DNA of 62,967 nucleotides, the filler included, from Reclinomonas americana ATCC 50394 (lineage: Eukaryota): NCBI GenBank assembly GCA_048213135.1. It is 6 parts of 2 records of this genome, joined end to end, with 100 filler letters (N's around TTAATTAATTAA, not from the genome) between each part and the next. Parts side by side here need not be neighbours in the genome. Positions count along the whole stretch, not along the records: positions 29,934 to 53,760 come from PS015230.1; 5 more parts are not named here. The stretch is one strand, 5' to 3'. The notes under the pieces are model-generated. The model was not told the origin of the DNA and searched no databases. It worked only from the letters and a program-made list of their open reading frames with translations. Of this stretch, positions 40,201 to 51,904 are shown in pieces. Every line of letters starts with the position of its first letter. The stretch's first letter is position 1. Both the position numbers and the translations under genes were made by a program.

Positions 40201-41211
40201 GACACCATAACATTGCACCTACGAATGAAATCACACGGGAGGGGGCAGTTTAGAAATCATCGACTGCATGATGATGATGATGATGACGAGGCGAGTCTCA
40301 ACGATGTTGGGATGCCGCAATGAGGCCAGCAGCACGGTTTCCTTGGTGAGCTCCTCCATGAGAGCCTCCAGCTCGCTCTCTTGCACGACTTTGAAGACTT
40401 TGATGGCCAACTCTTGTCCCTATTCATCCGCACAATCAGTCACGGATGGCGATTATGATGNNNNNNNNNNNNNNNNNNNNNNNNNNNNNNNNNNNNNNNN
40501 NNNNNNNNNNNNNNNNNNNNNNNNNNNNNNNNNNNNNNNNNNNNNNNNNNNNNNNNNNNNACCAAAGATAATGATGATGATGATGATGACGGTAACGCAC
40601 CAGGAAGCGATGACCGCCAACATACACCTATGTGTGTGAGAGAGACACTTATGTGAGATAGAGACAGAGAGAGACAGAGAGTTTCGACATGTCCGCGTAT
40701 GCGCTCTCACCTCGCCATTGGCGCCTGATCGCATGCGCAACACAAGAGCAAAGGGAGACAGCGTGAGCACAGCAGTGACGAGTGTGTGTGCACGCGTGTG
40801 TGTAAGATGTCAGCCATGGCAGCAGAAAACAACCGCACCTTTGCCAATCTGCGCGAAATGGACGACAAAGCAGCACACGAGTGAGTACGCACAGAGAGAG
40901 CGCACACAATGTGTGTGTAAACAGAGAGCGTGTGTGTGTGAGCCGCGTGATGGCAATGAGACACACTTAACACTCACACACTCGCACGCGCGCAAAACGT
41001 GTGCGAATGTGAGCGTTGTCTGCTCCTCTGTGCGTACAATGTGTCTCTCTCTCACACACGCACAAGCACTCACCATTCTGAGATCTGACAAGTCTTCAAA
41101 CTTCAGCGTGAGCAACTCCTCTGTAGCCGGCAGAGGCGAGCCCGAGCCAAACGACAACCGTCGCTCAGAGCCTCCCGCACTGCTGCCCGCAGCAGACGGC
41201 GACAACGCCAT
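37204..41211 (-). CDS. Tyrosine-kinase-like (TKL) protein kinase (gapped; last exon assignment uncertain)
   Basis: Spliced motifs IGKGANGEV, LAIK, LRHPNIVQCYG, HRDMKTGNLL, KITDFG, GTIEYMAPE, DVYSFGVVLWEM and GLRP. An acidic exon at about 37204-37450 may be its C-terminus. Confidence 0.9.
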
Positions 41212-42099
41212 GTGAGTGTGAGTTGTGATGAATGTAGTGAGTGGGAGCGTCGGTTGATCCACGCTCCATCCACTTCACTTCAATTGCAAACATGAAGCTC
41301 GGCGGCACTCTGATCCCCCCCACGTTCCTGCGAAAGCGCGGTCGTGATGGCAAGGGCAAGGCGAACTGCGCAGCGGAGATGTTTGCTGTGATGAAGTTGC
41401 GTGCGTGTGTGTCAGTTTGAAGTGGCCACTTTTCTCTCTCTCTCTTTCTCACTCTCGTGTGTGCGCGCGCAGTTGCTGGAAGAAGAGCAACTTTGACGAT
41501 CTGCGGTGCCAGCCAGAGGCGTCGGCGTTGCGCGATTGTGCAAGTCGAGCAGTTGCGTGTGAGAGAAAGAGATGCATTATGCGTGTGGAGTTGCTCACGC
41601 GTGTGTGCAGGCCACCAAGGCGCCTGTGCCTAACACGCTCAACTAGTTACGCACATGCGCGCGCGTGTGTCTCTCTCACAATGTGTGTGCTCACTCACAA
41701 TGTGTGTGCTCATCCACTGTGTATCTCATTGTGCGCAGTGTTTCGTGCATTGCGCTCGCTCTCTTTTCCACTGCTCTCACTCACTCACTCTTGTGTATCA
41801 CAGCATCTGCAGCGCTTGTTCCGTCGCGGACGCAGGTGAACGTGCATCTGTTTTTTGATCGGTTGGTTTTTTTTGTTGGTGTGGTTCCCCCCACGAGGAG
41901 AAGGCAGGGAAAAGGCAGGGAAAATGAATGCTCGTGCATCGCAGCGCTGCGGGCAGTGGTTCGGTGCAAGTGGGATCTCTCTCTCTCTCTCTCTCTCTCT
42001 GTGTCAGTTTGCATGCGTTGCTCGGACGTCCAGTATGCTGTCAAGGTCGAGGTCTGCCAATGTTCTTCTGCTTTCTTTTGGTATGCTGCAGTCTTTGCC

Positions 42100-42950
42100 T
42101 TGTTGCCACACTTTATGGTCTGCTCTCGTGCGCTGCATGTCGACTCTCTTGCTTCCTTTCGTGCTTTCTCTATCCTTGCCTTGTTGCCTCACCGTGCGGC
42201 CTGCTCTCGTGCCTTGAAGCTGCCCTATTACTTCGTTGTTGCCTCGTTGTGCAATGCTTCTTTGCTTTGCAGCACGCGTGCTCTTCTTTTCATGGCGGTT
42301 CGTTGCGGCCTGCCCTCGTGCACTGCAAGTCAGGCCTCTTCCGTTCGTGTCGCCCTGTTGCTGTGCCGCGTTCTTCTTTGTGTGGCTCTTCGTTGCAGTC
42401 CGTTCTCCTGCATCGCAAGTCAGCAGCCCACTTGCTTCCATTGGCGCTTTCTTGTCCTCGCCTTGTTGCTGTCCTCGTTTTATTCTTTGCAGGGCACTTC
42501 GTTGCCGCTCTCTCGCCTCGTGCACTGCAAGTCAACTCTCTTGCTTCTCATGGCGGACTCCTTCTTCTCGTTTCGCTTCTTTCTTTGCGGTTTATTCTCG
42601 ACCACTGCAAGTCGGCTTCCTTGCTTCCGTTGGTGATTTCTTGATCTTCGCCTTTTGCCTGATGTGGTACCGCGTTGCAATCTGTTCTCCTGCATCGCAA
42701 GTCAGCTTCCTTGTTGCCTCGTTGTGCTGCCTTGCTGCACTCGTGTTCTTCATTGCATGCACGCCATCGCTGTCTGTCTCGTGCCCTGCAAGCTCTTCTT
42801 CTGTATTGCTGCACTCGTGTTCTTGTTGGTGGCACTGCATTGCAGTCTTCTCTTGCCCTCTTGCATTCTTTGGTGCTTCGCTGCGGCCAACTCGTGCTTT
42901 GTTGCTTCGCGTTCTTCTTGCGAACAGCACGTCACTTCTCTGCGGTCTTC
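42100..42950. repeat. Low-complexity degenerate repeat (TGCAAGTCA / GCATCGCAAGTCAGC motifs)
   Basis: The motif gcactgcaagtca / cctgcatcgcaagtcagc recurs in C/T-rich intergenic DNA between the divergent kinase and TRIP4 genes. Confidence 0.5.
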
Positions 42951-43203
42951 TCATGTCATTCCTCGCGCGTCCATCGGTACTTCCAGGTGATGCTCTCGCG
43001 CGATGCAATCGTCGTCGCTTCCACAGCTGCCTTGTGCTGCCTCCTCGACTTCCATGTCGCCAAAGTCGTCTCGATTTCTCGCAGAGGCATCTCCTCGCCT
43101 GATGCAACAGCTCCACCAGCACTTCTAAAGCTTGAGTGCCCCTTCGTTGCAGTCTCGTCGTCCTCTTCATGCGTCCCATCAATCACCTTTCCACACACCT
43201 ACA

Positions 43204-45682
43204 ATGAACGAATTCCGTCAATGGGCCTCCCGCTCTCTCTCCTCCATGTTGGGCCTCGACGCCCTCGACGACGTCATCAACATGCTGGTGAACTTTGAGC
43301 GCGAAGTCGACCTGCGAGAGTACCTGCGAGTTGCGCACAAGTGTGAGAGAGTGAGTGAGTGAGAGGAGAGGCTAATGATAGCTCCCTCTCTTCTGTGTGT
43401 GTGTGTGCAGAACTTCCTCGGCGACTCACGCGACTCTCAAGAGTTCGCCAACGAGTTTGTGCGTCGTCGCAAGCTGCTCAAGAACGCAAGCGCAGTGGGC
43501 ATGAGTGATGTTACGCGCATTCTCTGTCACACAGTCACACTATCACATTCACTCATTTCTCTCACGTGCAACAAAGGATGTTGTCTTGCGTCGTCGCGAG
43601 TCATATGAAGACGACGAGTTCTTTGGTCGTGTGCCTGCCAAGGGCGAGACTCATGCTCAACAGCAGCAACAGTCGGGTGGAAAGAAGGGCGGGAGAGGGG
43701 GAAAACGTGCAGCTGCTGCAGCTGCAGTCGCCGGCATTCCAGAGTTCAAGCCTGTAGCGGGGAGCACACCACAGCCTGCGCCCACTCCTGCTGCTCCTCC
43801 AGCTCAGCCTGNNNNNNNNNNNNNNNNNNNNCGGCTGCTCCTGCTGGGGAGAAGAAGTGGACCAAGGGCAAGAAGACGACGATTGACTTGCGGGATTTGG
43901 ACTTTGCTGTGCTGCTGCCTGGGCGACACAAGTGCGACTGCCAGGCGGCGCAGCATGCGCTGGTGGGCAACTGTTTGAATTGTGGACGCATTGTGTGCAC
44001 GCAGGAGGTCGGTTTCGTCTTCTGTCACTTGTCTACGATTGCGTGTGCTCATGCATGCCACAGCAAGCGGGTCCGTGCATGTTCTGCGGTGAGCTGGTGG
44101 GCATGACGGAGGACGAGATCGAGGAGCGGTTGCGCAAGAACCCCAAGTTGGCGCAGGCGGTGCGCCATCGCGACAAGCTGATTGAGTTTGATCGCACCGC
44201 GGCGAAGCGTACGACCGTGGTCGACGATCACTCGGATTACTACGAGAGTCAGTCGAATGTGTGGCTGAGCGACGCCGAGCGGGCCAAGCTGCGCAAGTTG
44301 GAGAAGGAGCGGGAGGAGGCGAAGCGGAATGCGGAGAAGGAGATTCGCATTGCGTTTGATTTGGCTGGCCGGTGAGGCAAGGGGGAGCAGGCGAAGAGTG
44401 AGCGAGAGAGAGAGAGAGAGTAAGGGAGAGTTAGCTTGTGAGTGAGAGCACTGAGTGCAGTGAGTGAGTGAGTGTGTGAGAGAGGAAGAGAAAGCGAGTA
44501 AGTGAGTGAGAGAGAGAGAGAGTGAGCGTCCTGGTGACAAACTCAGTTCGCAAGGTTCGACAGCTCCTTGAAGCGTACATTTGCCTATCCCCTTTCCCTT
44601 CCAGACGAGTGATTGTTCAAGAGGAGGAGATGAGCGACCTTGACGAGTACTGGGGCACGGGCTCGGCGTCAGGTTCCGGCGCTGCGAGTGGCAGCGGTGG
44701 CGGTGGCAGCAGCAGTGTGCCCGACCGATGGGATCACGACGACGACGACGGCACCGGCCCGAAGCCCGACGAGCCCACCCCCGATCCGTTCGCTCGCCTG
44801 CGCGATGCTTCCAAGGCCGCGGCAGAGGCGGCAGCCGCAGCTGCAGCGGCGGCGGCGGCAGAAGGTGGAGGGGAGGAGGAGGGCGAGGGCGACAAACACA
44901 ACCCAGACACGCAACGCATTCGACCGAGACCTGTCGACTTTGCCGAGGCGGCGCGCGCCGCCATGTCGGAGGACGATCACCGGCGAGCGTCGCGCGTACA
45001 GCACGATCTCGGCGACGAAGGTTTCGACGATCGCGACGATCCGGGCATGTGCCTGAGCATGCACCAGCCGTGGGCCTCGCTGCTGGTGCACGGCGTCAAG
45101 TTGGTGGAGGGACGCAACTGGTTTGGATGTTGCTGTTTTCTACGTGTGCGTGTATGTTGGAGAGCTCATCACCTGCTGTGGTGGTGGTGGTGGTAGGCCC
45201 ACCGAATACCGCGGCCGTTTGTGGATCGCCTCGACTGCAAAGGAGTGCGATCGACAGCTGACGGCACAAATTGTCGCACAGTGCCGCTTGCTGGGTCGCG
45301 ACACGTCGACACTGCCGCGCGATTTGCCGACATCGACGCTGGTCGGCTGTGTCGACGTGATTGACTGCATCACGCGGGAGGAGTACAATGAGAAGGTGCG
45401 TGTGCATCGACGGCTTTTTGAAAGCAAGTTCAGAACTGATCCCCATGCGCAGACGCCAGAGTTGGAGCGCGAGGTCGAGAGCGCGTACGCATTCGTCTGC
45501 GACAATCCACGACCGCTTGCCGGACCGCGAATCAAGATCAGCGGGCATCCCATGATTTGTTGCGTGCCGCGCGTCTACAGTGTGAGACGATGCGTGCCGT
45601 GCTAAAGAAAAATCTCCATGGCACAGATCAACTACCACCGCAGGTGGTGGAGCGCGCACAGCGACAACTGAAGCGCGGATAA
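43204..45682 (+). CDS. TRIP4: Activating signal cointegrator 1 (ASC-1; C2HC5 zinc finger + ASCH domain)
   Basis: CDCQAAQHALVGNCLNCGRIVCTQE|QAGPCMFCG; RDKLIEFDR...RTTVVDDHSDYY; CLSMHQPWASLLVHGVKLVEGRNW|PTEYRGRLWIAS; C-terminus GHPMI|YQLPPQVVERAQRQLKRG*. Confidence 0.96.
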
Positions 45683-45834
45683 GTGGCGCCTGCCTCGACA
45701 TAATGTAGTGCGTCGGAGCAAGCGAGCGACTAAACAGGAGGGGTGGATTGTGGGATTTCTACTATGCTCATGATAACAACAGGGAAGGAAGGAGGGAAGT
45801 GAGGAGGAAGGATGATTACGGTTGCTGTACAGCG

Positions 45835-46951
45835 TTACAGACACAGGTCGTCGACGTTAAAGTCCACGTCGAGATCCATATCCTCAGGCAGCTCCATCGC
45901 CTCCGCTGACAGCAGCGGCGACGCGATTCGTGAGGTCGGTGGTGGACTGGCACACAGGCGCGGTGAGCCGGGCGGTGGCGACAGCAGTGCCGCCGGCTCG
46001 TCGAATCTCTCCGTGATTCCGGTCTTGCGGCGCATGCGGGAAAGACCACTGCGTTGGGAAAGGGTGAGCAAGTGCCAGATAAACACAATAGGTTGCAGCA
46101 CACACGTGCCTCTTGAGTGCGCCAAAGTCGAGCCCATCCAGCACGTGACTCACGGGCTCGTCATCCTCGCTCTTGCCGAAGCGCTTCTCCACACTCGGGA
46201 CTGCGGGTGTTGCTTGGGTGGCCTGGGGGAAGGGACGAGGATGAGAAACAGAGGAAGGAAAGAAGGGGAATGAGGGAGATGAAGTGCACCTTCTTCTTCA
46301 CTGCCGATGCGCCGGCCACTTGGATCTGAATGGTGGCGCCGCTGGTGTTGGTGATGTTGCCGAGGGCGCGTCGGGGTTGAGAGGCTGCACGTATGTGGGG
46401 GGGAGAGATGAGAGAATTGAAGATGGGGCAATGACAGTTGACGGATGATAAAGAGGATGAAATGAGGAAGGAGTGCAAAAAGGGGGAGCACGAGAGAGTT
46501 TAGAAACAATCAGCGACGACGAGAGACCGGCAGAGAGCACGAAAGGTAGAAAGCAACTGCCTCTGGAATGCCGTGGACAGCACGTTGTTTATCTCTTGCT
46601 TGCGCACACAAGGCTTACCAGCTGGCCTGCCAGCTTCTTCAACTGTCTCGCTCTCTTGCCGTTCACTCGCAACTGACTCTGACCTTCTCTCTACAGGCAC
46701 GCCTTGGTGCTCTCTCTCCCTCGTGCAGTTCATCTGCCTGAATGCTCAGTCTCGCTCATTCCCTCCACTCTCTGGTGCTGTTCATCTACGTGCCTGCCTG
46801 TCTCCCCGCAGCTCTCTCTGAGCACACTGAGTCTCTGTCGCAGAACACACCACACCAGGGACTCACACTACATCAATACTTCGTTTCTCTTGCTTCGTTG
46901 CTCTCTCTCTCTCTTGCGTCTCATCTGCTTCTGTCTACCTCAGTGTCGCTT

Positions 46952-46988
<37 letters not shown>

Positions 46989-47476
46989 GCCTACTGACAC
47001 TGCAGGCGCACTTGGACTCACACTGCGCCTCTTCTCTCGTTTCTCTTTCTTCCCTGCTCTCTCTTTTTGTTGCTGTTTGCCTTCTCTCTTCTCCACTCCA
47101 TCATGCCTCTCCTCTCTTTCGTTGTTGCTGTTCATCTGCTTCTCTGCGTGCCTCTCTGTTGCACTCTCGCTATGCCTCTCTTATCTTCTCACACACTCTC
47201 CCTTGCTCTCTTCTCTCTCTCCACATCCATCCCTTCCCCTTTTCTCCCCTTCTCCCCCCTTCTCCTCCCCCTTGCCCCTCCCCTCCACTCACCACTTCCC
47301 AACACCTTCTTGACCGCACTTGACTCCACACCACCACCACCACTCTTCTTCATCACCGCCAGAGGAGTCGACGACGACCCTCCAAACGGCATCTTAACAC
47401 CACCTCCACCTCCACTCGCCTTCCTCAACCCGCCAAACACATTCTCCTTGTGCACACCCGGGTTGTGGAGTTCCAT
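45835..47476 (-). CDS. Small disordered protein with KEN box and D-box (securin-like APC/C substrate)
   Basis: MELHNPGVHKENVF (KEN), RRALGNITN (D-box), VPSVEKRFG, an SP/PxxP-rich segment and an acidic C-terminus. The join between exon 1 and the D-box exon is not uniquely resolved. Confidence 0.55.
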
Positions 47477-47592
47477 TCGTGTGTCTTCTTCTTCTTTGCT
47501 CCTCCAACAGTGCAAAAACTAAACGCGTAACGGGCGAGTGCCACCAAACTTTTCCGAACAACTCAATCGATTTTCCCGCGTTCTCGATCGCG

Positions 47593-49061
47593 ATGACCAG
47601 CAGCAGTGGCATTGTCGCCTTCCAGTCATTCAAGCGCGGCACTCTGCGCACCACACTGCTCGTGCACGGATTGCTCTTTCTTGTCCAGGTGCAGTTGTAT
47701 TGATCACATGCGATTGTGTCTGTCTCTCGCGCTCCCTCACACACACACGCTCTCCCACACACGCACGCGCACAGCTCGTGTTCGCTGCATGGGTGAGTCT
47801 CCCACTCCTGCTGCGTGCTCGGAGAAATCAGACATTGATTGTGGATTCCTGTATTCTCTCCTCGCATGATAGCATGTGATTGGCAAGCTGGCGCTGACCA
47901 CGGGCGCCGATCCACTGTGCTTTGCACTCTATCGTGAAGTCATGGGCACCGCGGTCCTCCTGGCCATGTGCTTGGTCGTCGATCGACACGCCCCACAGCG
48001 TCGCGTTCCTCGTCGCTTTCTCGGCAGGTGCGCTCCAGTCCACCCCGCTTGCCCCTCACAGATTCCCGACCCCACCTCGGCCCTTGCACAGGTCCGGCTG
48101 GCTGCTGATCATATTATGCGGGCTCTTCAGCTTCGGCAACGTGGTCGGCCTCATCGAGGCGCTGAGCATGGCCGAGCCGTTCACCGTGTCGCTCATGCAA
48201 CCGACTATCCCCGTCTACGCCACCATCTTCTCCATTCTGTTTCGCCAGGAGAAGTTCTCGTGGTTGAAGGCGCTCGGTGTGTGCCTGGCCGCCGCCGGCG
48301 CCGTGGTGGTGTCGGTGTTTGCTGCCGATGAAGGGCACACGGCCGATGCGTCGAATCCGACCCTCGGCACCATCATTCTCGTGCTGCAGTGCCTCTCCAT
48401 GGCGCTCCTCATTGTGGTGCAGCGGAAGCCGCTGGAGGCCATGCCACCCACCACGCTCACGTGCTGGTACTACTCGTTTGGCGCGCTGTTCACCGCGGCA
48501 GTGGCGGCGCCCAAGTTCAAGAACGCGGTGTTCTGGACCGACGGTTTCGTGCTGAAGACGTGGCTGGCGCTGCTGTTTGCCGCGCTGGTCGTCACCTGCG
48601 TCTGCTACCTCTCCATCTCGTGGGCCTCGCAGCGCGCCGACGCCTCCACCGTCGCCTCGTGGTGGTCCATGCAGCCGGTGGCCACCGCCGTGCTCTCCGT
48701 CATCATTCTGCACACAGGCATCGACTGGCCGCAGATCCTCGGCGGCGTGCTCGTCATCGCCGGCCTGTTTGTCACCATGTGGGCCAAGCACGTGGAGGCG
48801 CGTCGTGCTGCCGCCCTCCAGGAGGCGCACACGAAGCCGACCAATGCCGCCGCCACCGGCGACGACGACGACGTCGACTACTCCAAGACTGACGAGTTGC
48901 CGCCGTCGGTCGCCGTCTTTGAGAGCGACGCGCTGCTGCCACTCTCGTCTCCACGCGCGGACGGCAGCAACCGCGGTATCTCTGTCGGTCGCGCACCCTC
49001 GGCACGCTCATATCACACCACCTCGGCGCCGACTTCGGCGAGTGTGGTCACCACGTTGTGA
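47593..49061 (+). CDS. EamA/DMT-superfamily transporter (WAT1-like), copy 1
   Basis: About 10 hydrophobic segments and two EamA repeats (DPLCFALYRE; PVYATIFSILFRQEKF; QPVATAVLSVIIL; QILGGVLVIAGL). Confidence 0.93.
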
Positions 49062-49250
49062 CCGCAGCGAATCCTCAATTGCAATCTCCTTTCTTGCTTC
49101 GTTTCGAATTCTTTGCCACAGGCGTAATCGTAACTAATATGCGGTCTTGGTGGCGGGTGGTGGCGGAAAGTGTAACATTACATACTCACACGTCAGTGGA
49201 AGTTGCGCCTGTCCTTGTGCTCTTATCTCTCTGTTTTTTCCGACGCAATC

Positions 49251-50226
49251 ATGCAGCAAATGATGCTGACTGAGATCGCCGACCACCTCGCCGAGCTCAG
49301 CGGCATTGACCCCTCCATGTTCCGCTCACAAGGGCGCATAGTGGCCGAGTGGGTCGACCTGAGCGACACCGATAGCCTGCTGCAGCGCGACGATGGCACC
49401 AAGTTGGTGCACTTTGTCAGACGTTGCGCGCGACAGAGAAAGCACAGAAGGCAAGGCGCACTCTTTGTGACACGCTGCCACACAGATGGAGAGGCAGTGC
49501 ACAATCGATTCGCCATAGAGTGGAAGGCCGCAGGCAAACCCGGCAATCCGTATCGCGAGGCCATGTTCTTGGACCCGGTCAGCCAGCTCTTCTCCCCTCT
49601 TTTCCACTGCCTGCTTGTCTCACACACACAATGCGCGCCACACACAGGAGCTCACCGACGTAGGCATCGAGCAGGCCGCTGCTCTTCGCGACCCACTGAA
49701 AGCCTTTCGCGATCGCCTGCAACTCGTCGTGCTGAGCCCGTTACGACGCGCGACACAGACCGGTCTTGTGGCACTCGGGTGCTCCCTGCGCGACCGCTCG
49801 TGCGACTGGTCGCGTCGCTGTGCGCGTCTTGTCGTGCATCCATGGTGCCGTGAGCAGAGCGGAGTCGGGATTGCGGATAAGCGACAGACGGCCTCGGAGG
49901 CACAGGCCGAGTTTCACGGTTTCGATAGCCTCGAGCTCGACTACGCGCCCGTGTTGCAGCTGGAAGGCGACGAGGACTCGTACTTTCGTGAGGACGAGCG
50001 CGAGAGTAAGCGGCAGTTGGCGCAGCGGGGCTTTGACTTTATGCGCTGGCTGCTGCGGGAGCAGGTGGAGAGGCACGTCGCGGTCTTTACGCACAGCTCG
50101 TGGTTGCTGGCGCTCTTCAATTCGGTGATGGAGACGCGCGATGAGCGGCTGCGTGAGTGGTTTGCCAATGGCGAGATGCGCAGTGTGGCGGTGCGGTGGC
50201 ACGACCCTGAAGGAGAGGAGCAGTGA
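49251..50226 (+). CDS. Histidine phosphatase (phosphoglycerate mutase-like) family protein
   Basis: Splicing restores VHFVR|HGEAVHN (RHG motif). Also DP|ELTDVGIEQA, SPLRRATQT and VAVFTHS. Confidence 0.93.
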
Positions 50227-50271
50227 ACATTGACGGCGGTCCTCCGTCTAATCTGTCCTCGTTTCTCCGAC

Positions 50272-51827
50272 ATGACTGCGCCCTCGAGCAAGGGCGAGGG
50301 CATGTCAGTGGGCGCCACTGTGCTCGTCCACGTGGTGCTCTTGCTTGTACAGGTCTCCATGCCCCCTCACACTGGTCTCTTACGCGCGCACACAACTGAC
50401 ACACACACTCACACAGTTTGCATTTGCTGGATTCGTGAGTGGTGCCCTCGTGCTCCTCTCACTGTGCACTCACGCACGCGCTCACTCATTGTGTGTAACA
50501 GCACGTTCTCGGCAAAGTCGCACTCAATGCTGGTGCTGTCACCCCAGACTCTCTCTTGCCCTCTCTCCTTCTCTCATGCATCGTTCACAGGTGTCGATCC
50601 TCTCTCGTTCGCTATGTATCGCGAGTTCCTTGGAGGCTTCGTGCTGCTCATCATGTCGCTGATCATTGACCGGCGAGCACCGCCACCACGCATCCCCACG
50701 CGCTTCATTGGAAGGTAGGTGCAGGGAGCAAATGAGACTTGTTGTGATCGCCTGGCCTCTCATCGCCTTGTGGCGCGCACAGAGCTGGTTGGTTGTGGAT
50801 TCTCCTCTGTGGCTTCTTCAGCTTCGGCAACGTCGTCGGCTTCATCATTGCGCTCACGTACACGACGGCCTTCAACGCGGCCGTCATGCAGCCGACGATT
50901 CCCGTGTTTGCGACCGTGTTGTCGGTGCTGTTGCGACAGGAGCGATTCTCGTGGCTCAAGGCGCTGGGAGTGGTGCTGTCGACAGGTGGGGCCGTGGTCG
51001 TGTCAGTGTTCTCGTCGGAGAGCGGCTCGAGTCAGGCCTCCAATCCCGTGCTCGGCAATGTGATCCTGGTCGGGCAGTGCCTGTCCATGTCGGCGCTGCT
51101 GGTCACGCAGCGGCGACCGTTGCAGCTCATGCCGCCGACCACGGTCACGTTTTGGTACTATAGCACGGGAGCGGTGCTGACGCTGATTGCGGCCTCGCCG
51201 CGCTTTGGCAACAATGATTTTTGGTCGCACGGTTTCGATACGGAGACGTGGCTGGCGCTGCTGTACGCCACGTTGGTGGCCACCTGTTTCACGTATGTGG
51301 CCATTAGCTGGGCCTCGCAGCGCGTGGAGGCCTCCACCGTGTCGTCGTGGTGGACGATGCAGCCGGTCGGCACCGCCATTCTGTCGGTGATTGTGTTGCA
51401 CACGACCATTCGCTGGCCGCAGATTCTCGGCGGCCTGCTGGTGGTCAGTGGCCTGCTCGTCACCATGTGGGCGAAGCGTGTCGATGCGCGACGTGCCAAG
51501 CAGCAGCAGGAGCTGCTGTCGCAGGCCACTCTCGGTGGCAACGCGGTCACCACCACCGGCCCTGGATCGCCCTTTAATGATGACGACGACGAGGATGATG
51601 ATGACGACGGTGTCGACGGTGACGGTGCCGATGGCGACGATGCGGCCGAGGCGGTGGAGGACTTTGCCGGCGGCATCAACAGCAAGAAGAGAAGGGGCGG
51701 TGAGAGGAGAGCAGCGGCCGCACGGCGGCGGCAGGCCGCCAGCGCCGCCGACGAGAGCAGATCACTGCTCGGTCACGCGCCTGCGAAGAGCACGGAGGCG
51801 CCCACATCACCCACTAATGCTGTGTAG
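50272..51827 (+). CDS. EamA/DMT-superfamily transporter (WAT1-like), copy 2
   Basis: Clear paralog of 47593-49061, with shared intron positions including an 18-nt second exon. Confidence 0.93.
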
Positions 51828-51904
51828 TAAAATCGAGAAGAGAAGCAATATAGGCAAGACTAGGATTTGTACAAGAGCAAAGCTTGCGCTGCCGACCGCA
51901 CACA

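Noticed and set aside
41665-43298. Long overlapping Cys/Leu/Ser-rich ORFs
   Set aside because: By-product of C/T-rich low-complexity repeats lacking stop codons.
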